DNA from: Candidatus Eiseniibacteriota bacterium
GTDB taxonomy: Bacteria; Eisenbacteria; RBG-16-71-46; CAZAMP01
Direction: 5' to 3'
Length of the DNA stretch: 64,000 bases
NCBI GenBank assembly: GCA_965224245.1
Contig: OZ245046.1
Span: 5,248,001 to 5,312,000, forward strand
The notes beneath the pieces were generated by a model that saw only the letters and a list, made by a program, of their open reading frames with translations, made no database searches and was not told the DNA's origin. A program made the translations under genes and the position numbers. This document shows, piece after piece, positions 30,276 to 40,559 of this stretch (position 1 is the stretch's first letter; the number at the start of each line of letters is the position of its first letter).

Positions 30276-31807
30276 CGCCGCCCGGCGATGACGCGCGCGG
30301 CGAGCGCACCCGGGCCGCCGGTGACGCCGCCGCCGGGGTGTGATCCGCTCCCGCACAAATAGAGCCCCGAGATTGGCGTGGCGAACCGCGCGCACTCGAG
30401 CGTCGGGCGAACCGCGAGCTGATCGATCGCGTGCTCGCCGTGATGGATCTGTCCGCCGGTGACGCCGTACGTGCGGGCGATGTCGGCAGGTGTCAGCACC
30501 TCGCGCGCGACGACACGATCGGCGACTCCGGGGGCGACGCGTTCCAGCTCGGCGACGACGCAATCACCCAGCCGCTCGCGTCGAGCGTCGGTCCATCCGC
30601 CACAGAGCGCGTGCGGAACGAAGTGGACCAGCGCCGACACCACGGCGTGTCCCTCGGGCGCGAGGGACGGATCGTCCACGGTGGGGACGGCGACGTCGAG
30701 GACGGGCCGCTCGGGATGCTCGCCGTACTTGACGGGATCGAACGCGCGCTCGATCTCGTCCACGCTCGCGCCCGTGCGGGCGAAGAGCACGTCCTCATCC
30801 GGCCGTCCCGCGAAGCGAACGGGGCCCCGGACGGCCAGGTGCACCTTCGCGGTGGTGCCGTTCGTCCGGACGTGCGACACGTGCCCGGCCAGCGTCGGCG
30901 TGACGGTGCGCGGGGGCATCAGGGATCGGAGCGTCGTCTTGGGGTCGCAGGCGCTGGCGACGACGGGCGCGTCGATCGTCTCGCCGTCGGCCAGCGTCAC
31001 GCCCTCCACCGACCCGTTCGACACCCGGATCGACGCGACCGGCGCATTCCTCCGGATCGTCGCCCCGTGGGCCTCGCAGGCCCGCGTGAGGGCGGCGACC
31101 ACGGCGGCCGGTCCCCCGGGGACGTGCCCGCCGGCGAGCGCCTCGTGCCGGAGGAGGAGCGCGTTGGAGCCGGGCGACCAGGGTCCCATCCACGCGCCGG
31201 TCAGCGCCGGTCCGGCGAGAAGCGCCTTCAGGCGCGCGCCCTGGAACCACTCGCCGAGCCAGTCGGCCACGCACATCGGCGCGATGCGGAAGAGCTCCAT
31301 CGCATCTCGCCGGCCGAGCCGGCGAAACGAGAGGCCGCGCGAGACGATCCCGAGCATCGCGCGTGGGCTGTCGTCGTCCAGCGCCAGTGGGAGCGCATCG
31401 AGCGAGGCCGCGACCGCCGGCCGGACACGATCCAGGAATGCTCGATAGGCTGCGTAACGCTCGGCGTCCTCGGAGACTCCCAGCGCGCTCGCGCGCGCGA
31501 CGTCGCCCAGGAAGATCCCGGATCCGTCGGGATCGGGAGACAGGACGGCCGACCGGCCGTCACGCACGACGAGGCCGAACGATTCCAGCCCGAGCGTGCG
31601 AACGACATGGGGCCGCAGCGTCGAGGCGTCGTGAAACAGCCCGACGTGCCGGTAGCCCGGGTGAAACTCCTCGCCGGCGGCGAGACCACCCACGACGCTC
31701 CGTTGCTCGAGCACGATGACGTTGCGGCCGTCTCTGGCCAGGAGTGCGGCCGTGGTGAGGCCGTTGTGCCCGGCGCCGATCACGACCACGTCCACTCGTC
31801 CGGCCAT
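30272..31807 (-). CDS. Phytoene-desaturase-like FAD oxidoreductase (PYROXD2-like), copy B
   Basis: GAGHNGL, VGGLA.EEFHPG, GQIHHGE, GSGSHPGGGVTG. Confidence 0.85.
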   Translation of the reverse strand: MAGRVDVVVIGAGHNGLTTAALLARDGRNVIVLEQRSVVGGLAAGEEFHPGYRHVGLFHDASTLRPHVVRTLGLESFGLVVRDGRSAVLSPDPDGSGIFLGDVARASALGVSEDAERYAAYRAFLDRVRPAVAASLDALPLALDDDSPRAMLGIVSRGLSFRRLGRRDAMELFRIAPMCVADWLGEWFQGARLKALLAGPALTGAWMGPWSPGSNALLLRHEALAGGHVPGGPAAVVAALTRACEAHGATIRRNAPVASIRVSNGSVEGVTLADGETIDAPVVASACDPKTTLRSLMPPRTVTPTLAGHVSHVRTNGTTAKVHLAVRGPVRFAGRPDEDVLFARTGASVDEIERAFDPVKYGEHPERPVLDVAVPTVDDPSLAPEGHAVVSALVHFVPHALCGGWTDARRERLGDCVVAELERVAPGVADRVVAREVLTPADIARTYGVTGGQIHHGEHAIDQLAVRPTLECARFATPISGLYLCGSGSHPGGGVTGGPGALAARVIAGRR

Positions 31808-33399
31808 CACACCGCCCCCGATCCGAGCATCGTCTTCGCGGCGAGCTCGCCCGGCGATCCCATGATGCCTCCGCCCGGGTGGGCTCCCGACGCGCACAGC
31901 CAGAGATCGCGAATCGGCGTCCGGTAGCGGGCCCAGCCGGGAGCCGGCCGCTGGAAGAGCAGCTGCTCGGGGCTCAGCTCGCCGTGGAAGATGTTGCCCT
32001 CGGTGAGTCCGAACTCCTGCTCCATGTCCCACGGCGTCAGGACCTGCCGGAACAGGATCGACTCCTTCAATCCCGGTGCGTACTCGGCGAGCGTGTCCAC
32101 GACGGCGTCGCCGAAGGCCTCACGACGCGACGGCCAGTTCTCCGCGCCCTCCTTGATGTGGTACGGCGCGTACTGCACGAAGCACGAGATGATGTGCTTG
32201 CCCGGCGGCGCCACCGTGTGGTCGACCAGCGAGGGGATGACCACGTTGATGTACGGGCGCTCGGAGAAGTCTCCGTACTTGGCCTGGTCGTACGCGCGCT
32301 CGAGATACTCGATGCTCGGCGCGATCGCGATGTCGCCGCGGAGGTGATGCGAGCCCGGCCGGCATGCGAACTCGGGCAGTCGATCCACGGCCAGGTTCAC
32401 CTTGCCCGAGCTGCCCCGGAGCTTGTACCGGCCGATCTGGCGCTGGAACTCGTCGTCCAGATGCTCGGGGCCGACCATGCGCAGAAACGTGCGGTGGGGA
32501 TCCAGCCCCGACACGACCGCGCGGGCGTGGATCTCGTCCCCGCCCTCCAGCACGACGCCCCTCGCGCGCCCGTCACGGACGATGAACCGCTCCACCGGAG
32601 CCTCGGTCCGGATCTCCGCGCCGTAGCTCCGGGCGGACGACGCGATGGCGAGGCTCACCTGCCCGGTTCCGCCGCGACTGAAGCCCCAGGAGCGGAACGC
32701 CCCGTCGATCTCGCCCATGTAGTGATGCAGGAGCACGTACGCGGTGCCGGGCGAGCGCACGCCGAGGAACGTCCCGATGATGCCGCTCACTGACATTGGC
32801 GACTTCAGAACCGGTGACTCGAACCACAGGTCCAGAAAGTCGACGGCGCTCATCGTGAAGAGCTGGAGGTTGAGCTGTCGGAGATCGGGATCCAGCGCGC
32901 GGACGTGACCTCCGAGGCGAAGCAGCTGCGCCACGTCGCGCGGCTTCATCGACGTGGGGTCGGGGGCCGGCGAGTCGATGATGGCCTTGGCGAAGTGCGC
33001 CATCTTGCTCATGGCCATTCCGAACTCGGGATACGTCTCTGCATCACGGGCGCTGAACGCGGCGATCTCACGGCGCGTGGTGTTGGCGTCCGACCAGCGA
33101 CACAGCGAGCGTCCGTCCGGAAGGGGCAGGAACGAGCACTCTAGCGGGATCATCTCCATCCCGTGCCGCGCCAGCTCGAGCTCGCGGATGATGTGAGGTC
33201 GAAAGAGGCTCACGACGTACGAGCACACCGAGAAGTGGAAGCCGGGATACAGCTCCTCGGATACCGCGGCCCCGCCCAGCACGTGTCGACGCTCCAGGAC
33301 CAGCACGCGCTTGCCCGCCTTCGCCAGGTAGGCGGCGCAGGTGAGCCCATTGTGGCCGCCACCGACGACGACGGCATCGTAGCTTCCGGGCGACGGCAT
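31807..33399 (-). CDS. Phytoene-desaturase-like FAD oxidoreductase (PYROXD2-like), copy A
   Basis: GGGHNGL, LGGAAVSEELYPG, GNIFHGE, GAHPGGGIMG. Confidence 0.88.
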   Translation of the reverse strand: MPSPGSYDAVVVGGGHNGLTCAAYLAKAGKRVLVLERRHVLGGAAVSEELYPGFHFSVCSYVVSLFRPHIIRELELARHGMEMIPLECSFLPLPDGRSLCRWSDANTTRREIAAFSARDAETYPEFGMAMSKMAHFAKAIIDSPAPDPTSMKPRDVAQLLRLGGHVRALDPDLRQLNLQLFTMSAVDFLDLWFESPVLKSPMSVSGIIGTFLGVRSPGTAYVLLHHYMGEIDGAFRSWGFSRGGTGQVSLAIASSARSYGAEIRTEAPVERFIVRDGRARGVVLEGGDEIHARAVVSGLDPHRTFLRMVGPEHLDDEFQRQIGRYKLRGSSGKVNLAVDRLPEFACRPGSHHLRGDIAIAPSIEYLERAYDQAKYGDFSERPYINVVIPSLVDHTVAPPGKHIISCFVQYAPYHIKEGAENWPSRREAFGDAVVDTLAEYAPGLKESILFRQVLTPWDMEQEFGLTEGNIFHGELSPEQLLFQRPAPGWARYRTPIRDLWLCASGAHPGGGIMGSPGELAAKTMLGSGAV

Positions 33400-34589
33400 C
33401 AGCTTCGCTTTCGTGGGGGGTCGAAGAACGGCTTGTCGCGAACGGTGGCCGTGACGCGGTGGCGTACGTACTCGACGGTGACCTCGATCCGGAGCTCCTC
33501 GCCGACCCGCCCGTGTGGCGAGCGCACCGTGGCCAGCGCGAGGTTCTTCTTCAGCGTCGGCGACCAGGTGCCGCTGGTTGCCTGTCCGACCTGCCGGCCG
33601 ACGGCGTCGTACACGGGTACCGGCGTCCGCCAGGCGGCCATCGGAATCTCGGGGGGGAGACCCTGCGCGGCGAAGAGCGTCTCGACCTCGTCCCAGTCGA
33701 TCTCGAGCCCGACGAACCGGCGCCTCGGGCCGGCGGTCATCTCGGCCCGGAGCGCGCCCTGGCCGATGAACGGAGCGCGCTTCAGCTGGACGGTCCACCC
33801 GAGCGCGGTCTCGTAGGGTGTCGACTTCCGCGCCTCGATGAGGCAGTGATTGGCGCTGAAGTAGTCGACGCCGTTCATGATGAAGCCGGCCTCGATCCGC
33901 GTCATGTCCAGCGCATCCAGGCCCACCGGCAGCATGCCGTGCGGTGAGCCGGCGTCCATCAGGCGATCCCAGAGGTCGGTGGCGAGGTCCGCGTCGGTCC
34001 AGACCTCGTAGCCGAGGTCTCCGGTGTAGCCGGTCCGGGTCACGATCACGGGGACCTCGCCCACGCGCGCCGGCATCGCGCGAAAGAATCCCAGCGAGGC
34101 CACGTCCCCGTCGGCGACCGCATCGAGGATCTCGCGCGAGCGGGGGCCCTGCAGAGAGAGCGCGGCCACGCGCTCGGTCGAGTCCTCGATGGCCACGTCG
34201 AAGCCCCCTCGATTGCGCTCGAACCAGGCCAGACTCGGCTCGGCCGCGGTCACGCGGAAGTGCGTATCCCCCAGTCGGGTGGCGGTTCCGTCGTCCAGGA
34301 GCTTTCCGCGATCGTCGCACCAGCAGAGATAGCTGACCCGGCCGACGCGCATCTTCGGGATGTTGCGGACGGTGACGTATGCGAGGAAGGCGGCGGCGTC
34401 GGGACCGGTGACGTCGTACTTGTACAGCGGCGTGACGTCGAGGAGTCCGGCGGTATGGCGGATCGCGTAGTACTCGCGATCGGGATAGGTGTCGTAGGCA
34501 CAGACCGCGTAGTAGCCGGCCCAGTCCTTCCAGCGAAGGCTCTGGCACCGCTCGGCCGTGCGGGCATGGAACGGGCTCGGAATGGGCAT
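33399..34589 (-). CDS. GcvT-like aminomethyltransferase family protein
   Basis: EYYAIR..AGLLDV, LLDDG, LQGP.SR, TRTGYTGDLGYE, RIEAG, PFFDP. Confidence 0.88.
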   Translation of the reverse strand: MPIPSPFHARTAERCQSLRWKDWAGYYAVCAYDTYPDREYYAIRHTAGLLDVTPLYKYDVTGPDAAAFLAYVTVRNIPKMRVGRVSYLCWCDDRGKLLDDGTATRLGDTHFRVTAAEPSLAWFERNRGGFDVAIEDSTERVAALSLQGPRSREILDAVADGDVASLGFFRAMPARVGEVPVIVTRTGYTGDLGYEVWTDADLATDLWDRLMDAGSPHGMLPVGLDALDMTRIEAGFIMNGVDYFSANHCLIEARKSTPYETALGWTVQLKRAPFIGQGALRAEMTAGPRRRFVGLEIDWDEVETLFAAQGLPPEIPMAAWRTPVPVYDAVGRQVGQATSGTWSPTLKKNLALATVRSPHGRVGEELRIEVTVEYVRHRVTATVRDKPFFDPPRKRS

Positions 34590-34767
34590 GTGCGTCACGC
34601 CGTGTGTGTCGTTGACGTTCCCCGAGAGGCTCGATCGTGCCGCTCGTCGCGAAGAACGAGAGAGCATACGAGCCGCGAGCCGCCGTGCCAATAGTCACGC
34701 GCATGGTCGATGCGAACCCGGCCGTCGCGCAGGCCCGAGCCGGGGAGGCCCGGTCCCGGGGACGGCG

Positions 34768-35319
34768 TCACCGGCCGTCCAGCCGCGCCGAGGCGGCGGC
34801 CCGCCAGACGCTCGCCGTCCGGTCGTCGAACAGCACGAAGCGAAAGGCGTCCAGGAGTCCCGAGCCCTCGAGCGCGGCCCGAACGGCGATCGGCGCCGCC
34901 TCGTCGATCGGGTATCCGTAGACGCCGCACGAGATCGCCGGGAAGGCGATCGTGCGCGCACCGTGCTCGTGTGCCAGGCGGATCGCGTTCGCGTGCGCCG
35001 AGGCGAGGAGCGGCGCCGACGCCTCTGGTGACTCGTAGACCGGTCCGACGGTGTGCACGACGAGCCGCGCCGGAAGATCGAAGCCCGGCGTGATGCGCGC
35101 CTCGCCGACCGGGCACCGGACGCCGGGCGTGACCTCCGGCACGGCCTCGCAGGCCGATCGCAGGCGAGGCCCCGCCGCACGGTGGATCGCCCCGTCCACG
35201 CCGCCCCCGCCGAGCATGCGCGGATTGGCGGCGTTCACGATGGCGTCGACCCGCACGGTCGTGATGTCGCCCCGCGCGATGACGAGCTCGGCGCCGGACT
35301 CCAGCTCGAAGGTGCTCAC
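34768..35319 (-). CDS. Macro-domain O-acetyl-ADP-ribose deacetylase (YmdB-like)
   Basis: GDIT, IVNAAN, GGGGVDGAIHRAAG, HTVGP, FPAISCGVYGYP. Confidence 0.92.
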   Translation of the reverse strand: MSTFELESGAELVIARGDITTVRVDAIVNAANPRMLGGGGVDGAIHRAAGPRLRSACEAVPEVTPGVRCPVGEARITPGFDLPARLVVHTVGPVYESPEASAPLLASAHANAIRLAHEHGARTIAFPAISCGVYGYPIDEAAPIAVRAALEGSGLLDAFRFVLFDDRTASVWRAAASARLDGR

Positions 35320-35456
35320 ACCCGTGCTCCCGTCCCGTCCGGTGGGTCCGGACCCAGCCGGACGAAGATGTCTCCCGTGGCGCCGCCGTGCTACGCTGGC
35401 CGCACCACGACGCATCCCGACCATCCCCCGGGTACCGACACGACGAGGCACACCCG

Positions 35457-36617
35457 ATGATCACGATCACACGCGCGGCGGCCCGGGCGGCGCCCGCGCT
35501 GGTCGCCGTCGCGACAGCCGCGAGCGCGGCCACCGTTCGCGTTCCCGGCGATCAGCCGACCATCCAGGCCGGCATCGACGTCGCCGCCGAGGGCGACACC
35601 GTGCTCGTCGCGCCCGGAACCTACTCGGGCGAGGGGAACTTCGGCGTCAACTTCAGTATGACGACCACGCCGGCGCCGCACAACGTCGTGCTCCTCAGCG
35701 AGGCGGGAGCCGAGGTGACGATCATCGACGTGGAGGGGGGGCCGGCGACACCGTTCCGGCGCGGCATGGTGTTTCGTACCGGCGAGGGGCCGGAGTCCGT
35801 CGTGGACGGGTTCACGTTCATCAACGGCTACATGTCCTCCGGCGGCGACGGTGATCGAGCGCGGCGTCACGAGCTGTCCGGGGGCGCGATGGCGTTCCAG
35901 AACGTCGGAACGTCGCCGACCATCCGGAACTGCGTGTTTCGGGACAACGTCGCCTTCTACTCCGGTGGTGCGCTGGAGGCGGAGTTCGCCGCGGCGCCGC
36001 TGATCGAGAGCTGCGTCATCGTCGGCAACTTCAGCAATGATCGCGGGGGCGGGGCGAGCGCCGAGCGCATGGCCGGCATGACCTTCCGGAACTGCCTGAT
36101 CGCCGGCAACTATGCGGCGGTGGCGGGAGGCGGCCTCGCCCTTTCGGCCAGCACCGTCGTCGAGGGCTGTACGATCGCCGGCAACCGCTCGACGCAAGGG
36201 GGTGGGCTGGACGTCCGGTACCCGGCCACGGCGACGGTGACGAGCTCGGTCATCTGGGGGAACTGCGCCGACGGTACGGGCGACGAGGTGTTCCTGGAGA
36301 TGGGCAACGTCGTGCCCATCCTCCAGCTGAGTTGCTCCATCTTCGATCCGAGCGCCGCCGATCTCCAGGGCGTGTACGAGGCCACCGACACGATCGCGTC
36401 GGACCCGTACTTCTGCGAGCCCGGGGACTGCGCCACGGCGCCGTCCACCTCCGGCGACTACTCGCTCGCCGAGAACTCGCGAGCGCTGTCGGGAAACCCG
36501 TGCGAAGTGATCATCGGCGCCACCGGGGCGGGATGCGGCCCGATGACTCCGGTGGTGTCGACGTCATGGTCCGCCCTGCGCGAGCGCTTCCGGCCCGACG
36601 GGGTGTCAGGACGGTGA
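35457..36617 (+). CDS. Secreted right-handed beta-helix repeat protein with C-terminal SWS tail
   Basis: Signal peptide; VPGDQPTIQAGID, VDGFTF, repeated GG/N motifs; ends TPVVSTSWSALRERF. Confidence 0.85.
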   Translation: MITITRAAARAAPALVAVATAASAATVRVPGDQPTIQAGIDVAAEGDTVLVAPGTYSGEGNFGVNFSMTTTPAPHNVVLLSEAGAEVTIIDVEGGPATPFRRGMVFRTGEGPESVVDGFTFINGYMSSGGDGDRARRHELSGGAMAFQNVGTSPTIRNCVFRDNVAFYSGGALEAEFAAAPLIESCVIVGNFSNDRGGGASAERMAGMTFRNCLIAGNYAAVAGGGLALSASTVVEGCTIAGNRSTQGGGLDVRYPATATVTSSVIWGNCADGTGDEVFLEMGNVVPILQLSCSIFDPSAADLQGVYEATDTIASDPYFCEPGDCATAPSTSGDYSLAENSRALSGNPCEVIIGATGAGCGPMTPVVSTSWSALRERFRPDGVSGR

Positions 36618-37463
36618 TCGGCCGAGCGTCAGCCGCCGAGCGACGAGGACCCCGACGTAGCAGAACGGCGTGTCCAGGAACGCGAACGCCCACTTGACGG
36701 TGTAGCTGGCCAAGATGACCGCGGCAATCGCATCCCAGGGCATCTTCCAGTAGAAGTGAAGGAAGATGGTGTTCACGATGATCGTATCGACGAGCTGGGA
36801 GATCATCGTGGACGCATTGTTTCGAAACCAGAGCGCACGTCCGTTCGTGAGCCGCCGCCAGAAGTGAAACAGCCGATTGTCCACGAGCTGTGCGGTCAGA
36901 TAGGCCGTCATCGACGCGAAGAGCAGCGTCCCCGGGGCGTCGAACGTGAACTGAAACGCGGCCTGCGCGGCCACGACGTCGGCCGCACCGCTCTCCAGGA
37001 GTCGTTCGGGCGCGAAGACCCCGGCGAAGCCCTCGGGCACGTTCCAGATGGGCGAGCCGGGCAGGGCTCTGGCGATGCGGAGGATCCCCAGCATCAGGAA
37101 CGAGGCTCCGAAACCCAGCCACACCATCAGATCTGCCCGTCGCCGGCCGTACGTCTCCGAGACGACGTCGGTGATCAGAAACGTGATCGGGTACGTGATG
37201 ATGCCGGCGGTCAGGGTCAGGGCCTCGCCTCCGCCCTGGCCGGAGATCAGACGCTGGATGACGGCGTCGGCAGCGCGGAGAAAGATGCCCAGGATCGGCA
37301 GATCCAGAGGCATGGAGAACAGCTTCGTGCCGATAATGTTCGTCAAAAGGAGCATGGACAGAAACAGCCCGCTGAGCACGAAGTAGCCCGTTTCGTAAGG
37401 GCCGGGCGGTACGTGCGCGACGTGGCCCCTCGAGGCGCCGGTGGCGGAGTCCGGACGGGACAA
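36606..37463 (-). CDS. Queuosine precursor transporter (YhhQ/Vut_1 family)
   Basis: YPITFLITDVVSE.YG, ASMTAY..AQLVD, WFRNNAST.ISQLVDT, DTP; start codon (TTG) uncertain. Confidence 0.88.
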   Translation of the reverse strand: MSRPDSATGASRGHVAHVPPGPYETGYFVLSGLFLSMLLLTNIIGTKLFSMPLDLPILGIFLRAADAVIQRLISGQGGGEALTLTAGIITYPITFLITDVVSETYGRRRADLMVWLGFGASFLMLGILRIARALPGSPIWNVPEGFAGVFAPERLLESGAADVVAAQAAFQFTFDAPGTLLFASMTAYLTAQLVDNRLFHFWRRLTNGRALWFRNNASTMISQLVDTIIVNTIFLHFYWKMPWDAIAAVILASYTVKWAFAFLDTPFCYVGVLVARRLTLGRSPS

Positions 37464-37590
37464 GGACGCTCCTCTCGCGAGTGGCCGGAATCGACCGGGA
37501 CGACGTGGGTCCGGCGGCTGAGCACAGCCGCGCGATGCTATATTAAAGGAAACCCCGGGACGCTCAACCTACCTCACGCCGACGACTAGA

Positions 37591-39714
37591 ATGCCTCCAT
37601 CGCAAGACGCCAGCGCCACCACGAAGCGCGCGAGGACCAGCCGCGCGGCGACCGTCCTCGGCATGGACATCCTGTCCGCCGAGAGCACGACGTTCGTGGC
37701 GTCCCGGCACAGGCTCGTCGTCGGGATCACGCTGACGGCGGTCCTCCTGCTCGCGCTCGCACTTCGCCTGGTGAATCTCGACCGCCTGGGGTTCTGGGTC
37801 GACGAGGACCTCACCTGGCTGGCCGTGACCGGCATCCTCGATCACGGATGGCCGACCATGCCCTCGGGCGAGCCCTACCTGCGCGGCCTGCCGTACTCGT
37901 ACGTCGTCTCCGGCTTCGCCGCCGTTCTCGGGGTGAACGAGCTCTCGCTTCGGCTGCCCAGCGTCCTGCTCTCGCTGGGCACGGTGGTCATGGGCTTCGT
38001 GTTCGCACGCCTGGTGGCGGGCGCGCGGGTGGGCCTGTTCGTCGCGTTTCTCCTCGCGGTCTCGGTCTGGGAGATCTACTACGCGCAGATGGCCCGCATG
38101 TACGCCGCGCTCTGTCTGTCCTACATCAGCACCGCGTATCTGTTCGTGCGCGGGTTCATCCGGCACGAGGAGCGTTTCCGCCCGTGGGCGATCGTGCTGG
38201 CGGTCGTGTGCGTGTTCATCCATCGCCTCGGCGCCACGCTGGCGCTGGTGTTTCTGTGCCCGATGCTGCTGCCCAGGCGCCACCGTCCGCCGACGCGGTG
38301 GATGCTCGCCGGCGCGTTCGCGATCGCGGTCACGCTGGTCGGCTTGACGCTCCTGGCCGAGACGCGCGAGCTCATGCCCATCGTGCGCGAGCAGACGAAC
38401 CAGTTCCTGCACGTCCCGCTGCTGCCACCGATCGACCTGAACTCGTCTCGGGTGCTGGCCGTCGACGCGTTGCGCGAGAACCTCGCGCTCGGCTCGGTCC
38501 TGGCCGTGGTGCTGATCGCGGCCCTTCTGGGAACGATCTGGAAGATGCCGAAGCCACTGGTCGGATCCACCGACCCCCTGCAGCGTGTGGTGGCCGCGGC
38601 CGCCGGCGTGACGTTCTGCGTGACGCTCCTGGCGAATCAGTGCGTCCTGGCCTCGGTGTCCGCGCTCATCTACCTGAAGCTGTCCTCGACCGACCAGGAG
38701 AACCTGATCGCCCGGGCCAAGCTCGTGATCGGGTGCGGCGTGATCGTCGTGGCCGCGATCCTCTTCACCCACATGGTCCTGGCCGGTCCGGGCGTGGTGG
38801 CGGATCGACTGTTCGTGCGTCTCTTCGTGTCGCTCCCGGTGCCCTACTATCGCGCGCTGTTCTGGATGTATCCGGCGACCACGCTGGTGGCGGCCGGCGG
38901 CGCGCTCTTCGCGTTCTGGCGCGGGATCAATCGTGCGACCACGCAGGAGCCGCTGATCGTGTCGCTGATGATCCTGGGCCCGCTCCTGCTGATGGGGCTG
39001 GGCGCGGCACCGTTCTACGGTCGTCGCTACACCTACTATCTGAACGGGCTGTTCATCACGTACTTCGTCATGACGGTGGCGTGGGCGTGGCGCATCATCC
39101 GGGCGCGCCGCGCGCGGCTGCATCCCACCGGCTGGGGAGCCGTCGTCGCGTTCGGCGTCCTGTGCACGGTGAGCTTCGTCGAGCTCGTGGATCTCCCAGA
39201 GGCGTGGGCGGTCACGCACCGACACTACGGCTACAACCGCGACATCATCTCGCACCCGGACGTGGGATCGAGCTTCCACTACGACTACGCGGGATGTGCG
39301 GCCTGGATTCGCGAGAACCGCCAGCCGGGAGACGTCGTGATGGCCGACCGGGCGACCGAGAGCTGGATTTACCACGTGCAGCCAGACTACCGCATCACCG
39401 ACCTCGACGGTGTCTACGCGCGGCGGCCCGATGGACAGATCGTCGACTGGTACACCGGCATCCCGCTCCTGCACACGCGCATGCTCCTGGAAGAGGCGCT
39501 GGCCAAGCACGCCGGACAGACCATCTGGATCATCCACACCCAGGAGCAGCCGAACGGTCCCCACGTGCCCACTCCGCCCGGGATTCCCGCGCTCCTGGAC
39601 GAGATGAAGCCGGTACACGTCTTCGACTCACGCGACGGCGCGACCCGCGTACTCCGATTTCAGCCCGACGCCGCGGCGGCCCTCGCCGTGCGCCAGGCGA
39701 AGGCCGACTCCTGA
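37591..39714 (+). CDS. GT-C fold (GT39/PMT-like) membrane glycosyltransferase
   Basis: LRL..L....FWVDE loop, LRLPS, ARMY, many TM helices, C-terminal soluble domain. Confidence 0.75.
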   Translation: MPPSQDASATTKRARTSRAATVLGMDILSAESTTFVASRHRLVVGITLTAVLLLALALRLVNLDRLGFWVDEDLTWLAVTGILDHGWPTMPSGEPYLRGLPYSYVVSGFAAVLGVNELSLRLPSVLLSLGTVVMGFVFARLVAGARVGLFVAFLLAVSVWEIYYAQMARMYAALCLSYISTAYLFVRGFIRHEERFRPWAIVLAVVCVFIHRLGATLALVFLCPMLLPRRHRPPTRWMLAGAFAIAVTLVGLTLLAETRELMPIVREQTNQFLHVPLLPPIDLNSSRVLAVDALRENLALGSVLAVVLIAALLGTIWKMPKPLVGSTDPLQRVVAAAAGVTFCVTLLANQCVLASVSALIYLKLSSTDQENLIARAKLVIGCGVIVVAAILFTHMVLAGPGVVADRLFVRLFVSLPVPYYRALFWMYPATTLVAAGGALFAFWRGINRATTQEPLIVSLMILGPLLLMGLGAAPFYGRRYTYYLNGLFITYFVMTVAWAWRIIRARRARLHPTGWGAVVAFGVLCTVSFVELVDLPEAWAVTHRHYGYNRDIISHPDVGSSFHYDYAGCAAWIRENRQPGDVVMADRATESWIYHVQPDYRITDLDGVYARRPDGQIVDWYTGIPLLHTRMLLEEALAKHAGQTIWIIHTQEQPNGPHVPTPPGIPALLDEMKPVHVFDSRDGATRVLRFQPDAAAALAVRQAKADS

Positions 39715-40559
39715 TCGGCCTCGAGTCGCCAGTCGCACTCCTTCTCGCAGTTGAACCACACCAGACCGGCCAGCGCGTGGGAGCGAACGACCGACCACGC
39801 CCCGGCGATCCAGTCGGCCCGACGGGCGTCGGGCGGACATGCGGTCTCGGCCACGAAGATAGGGGCGTCCGAGCAGCTCCGCACCGACTCGATCGCGGCC
39901 GCCAGGAGGCGGTCCGGCTCCAGCCACCGGGCGCCCTCCAGGAGTCCGCACCAGTTGTACGCGTCGAGGCCGATCAGATCGACGTGGTCGGCGCCCGGGA
40001 ACGTGCGGGTGATCGCGTTCGACGGCACGTCCGGGTGCGAGGAGGCGTGCGGCGACCACACCCACGTCACGTTCGTCGCCCCGGCGCCGGCGAAGATCTC
40101 GCGCAGGTGATGCCAGGTCGCCACCACCTCGTCGGGCGAGTTGCCGTTGACCGTCGCCCCCCACGGGTACCAGCTCCCGTTCATCTCGTGCATCGGGCGA
40201 AGCCAGATCTCGTGCGGCCTCGCGGCCAGCGCACGCGCCCACTCGACGACGTAGCCGTCGAAGTGCCCGCCGAGTATCCGCGAGAGTCGATACCGGGGCT
40301 GATCCTCCGGTCGCGCTCCATGGGGACGATCTCCCGGTAGGCGCCAGGGCTCCCACGTGATCATCGGGAGGCGCCCGCGGCGGACCACCTCGTCCAGCCA
40401 GGCGTGCTGGACGTCGCGATACCGCGAGCCCCACGCCTGGTAGATCGAGATGACGTCGAAACGCGTGTCGAGCGCGCGCTCGACCGCGTCGAGATCGGCG
40501 ACTCGCGGAGGATAGTGAGGAAGGTAGATGCCGCTGAAGGGGGCGGCCGGCTCCGTCAC
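39660..40559 (-). CDS. Glycoside hydrolase family 26
   Basis: ITWEPW, RPMHEMNG.WYPW (acid/base Glu), IGLDAYNW, VAET (nucleophile); GTGA overlap with GT2. Confidence 0.85.
   Translation of the reverse strand: MTEPAAPFSGIYLPHYPPRVADLDAVERALDTRFDVISIYQAWGSRYRDVQHAWLDEVVRRGRLPMITWEPWRLPGDRPHGARPEDQPRYRLSRILGGHFDGYVVEWARALAARPHEIWLRPMHEMNGSWYPWGATVNGNSPDEVVATWHHLREIFAGAGATNVTWVWSPHASSHPDVPSNAITRTFPGADHVDLIGLDAYNWCGLLEGARWLEPDRLLAAAIESVRSCSDAPIFVAETACPPDARRADWIAGAWSVVRSHALAGLVWFNCEKECDWRLEADQESAFAWRTARAAAASG

Noticed and set aside
30272-33399. Carotenoid biosynthesis cluster
   Set aside because: No phytoene synthase, GGPP synthase or cyclase nearby; the context points to amine or one-carbon metabolism
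33400-34704. GcvT-desaturase fusion suggested by the 965-aa ORF
   Set aside because: The GcvT-like protein is in a different frame with its own stop at 33399-33401; the genes are coupled, not fused
34768-35319. Macro domain as a DarG antitoxin or Thoeris component
   Set aside because: Stand-alone YmdB-type sequence with no DarT, TIR or SIR2 gene adjacent
37464-37590. preQ1 riboswitch upstream of the queuosine precursor transporter
   Set aside because: No recognisable preQ1 stem-loop with an A-rich tail on the minus strand
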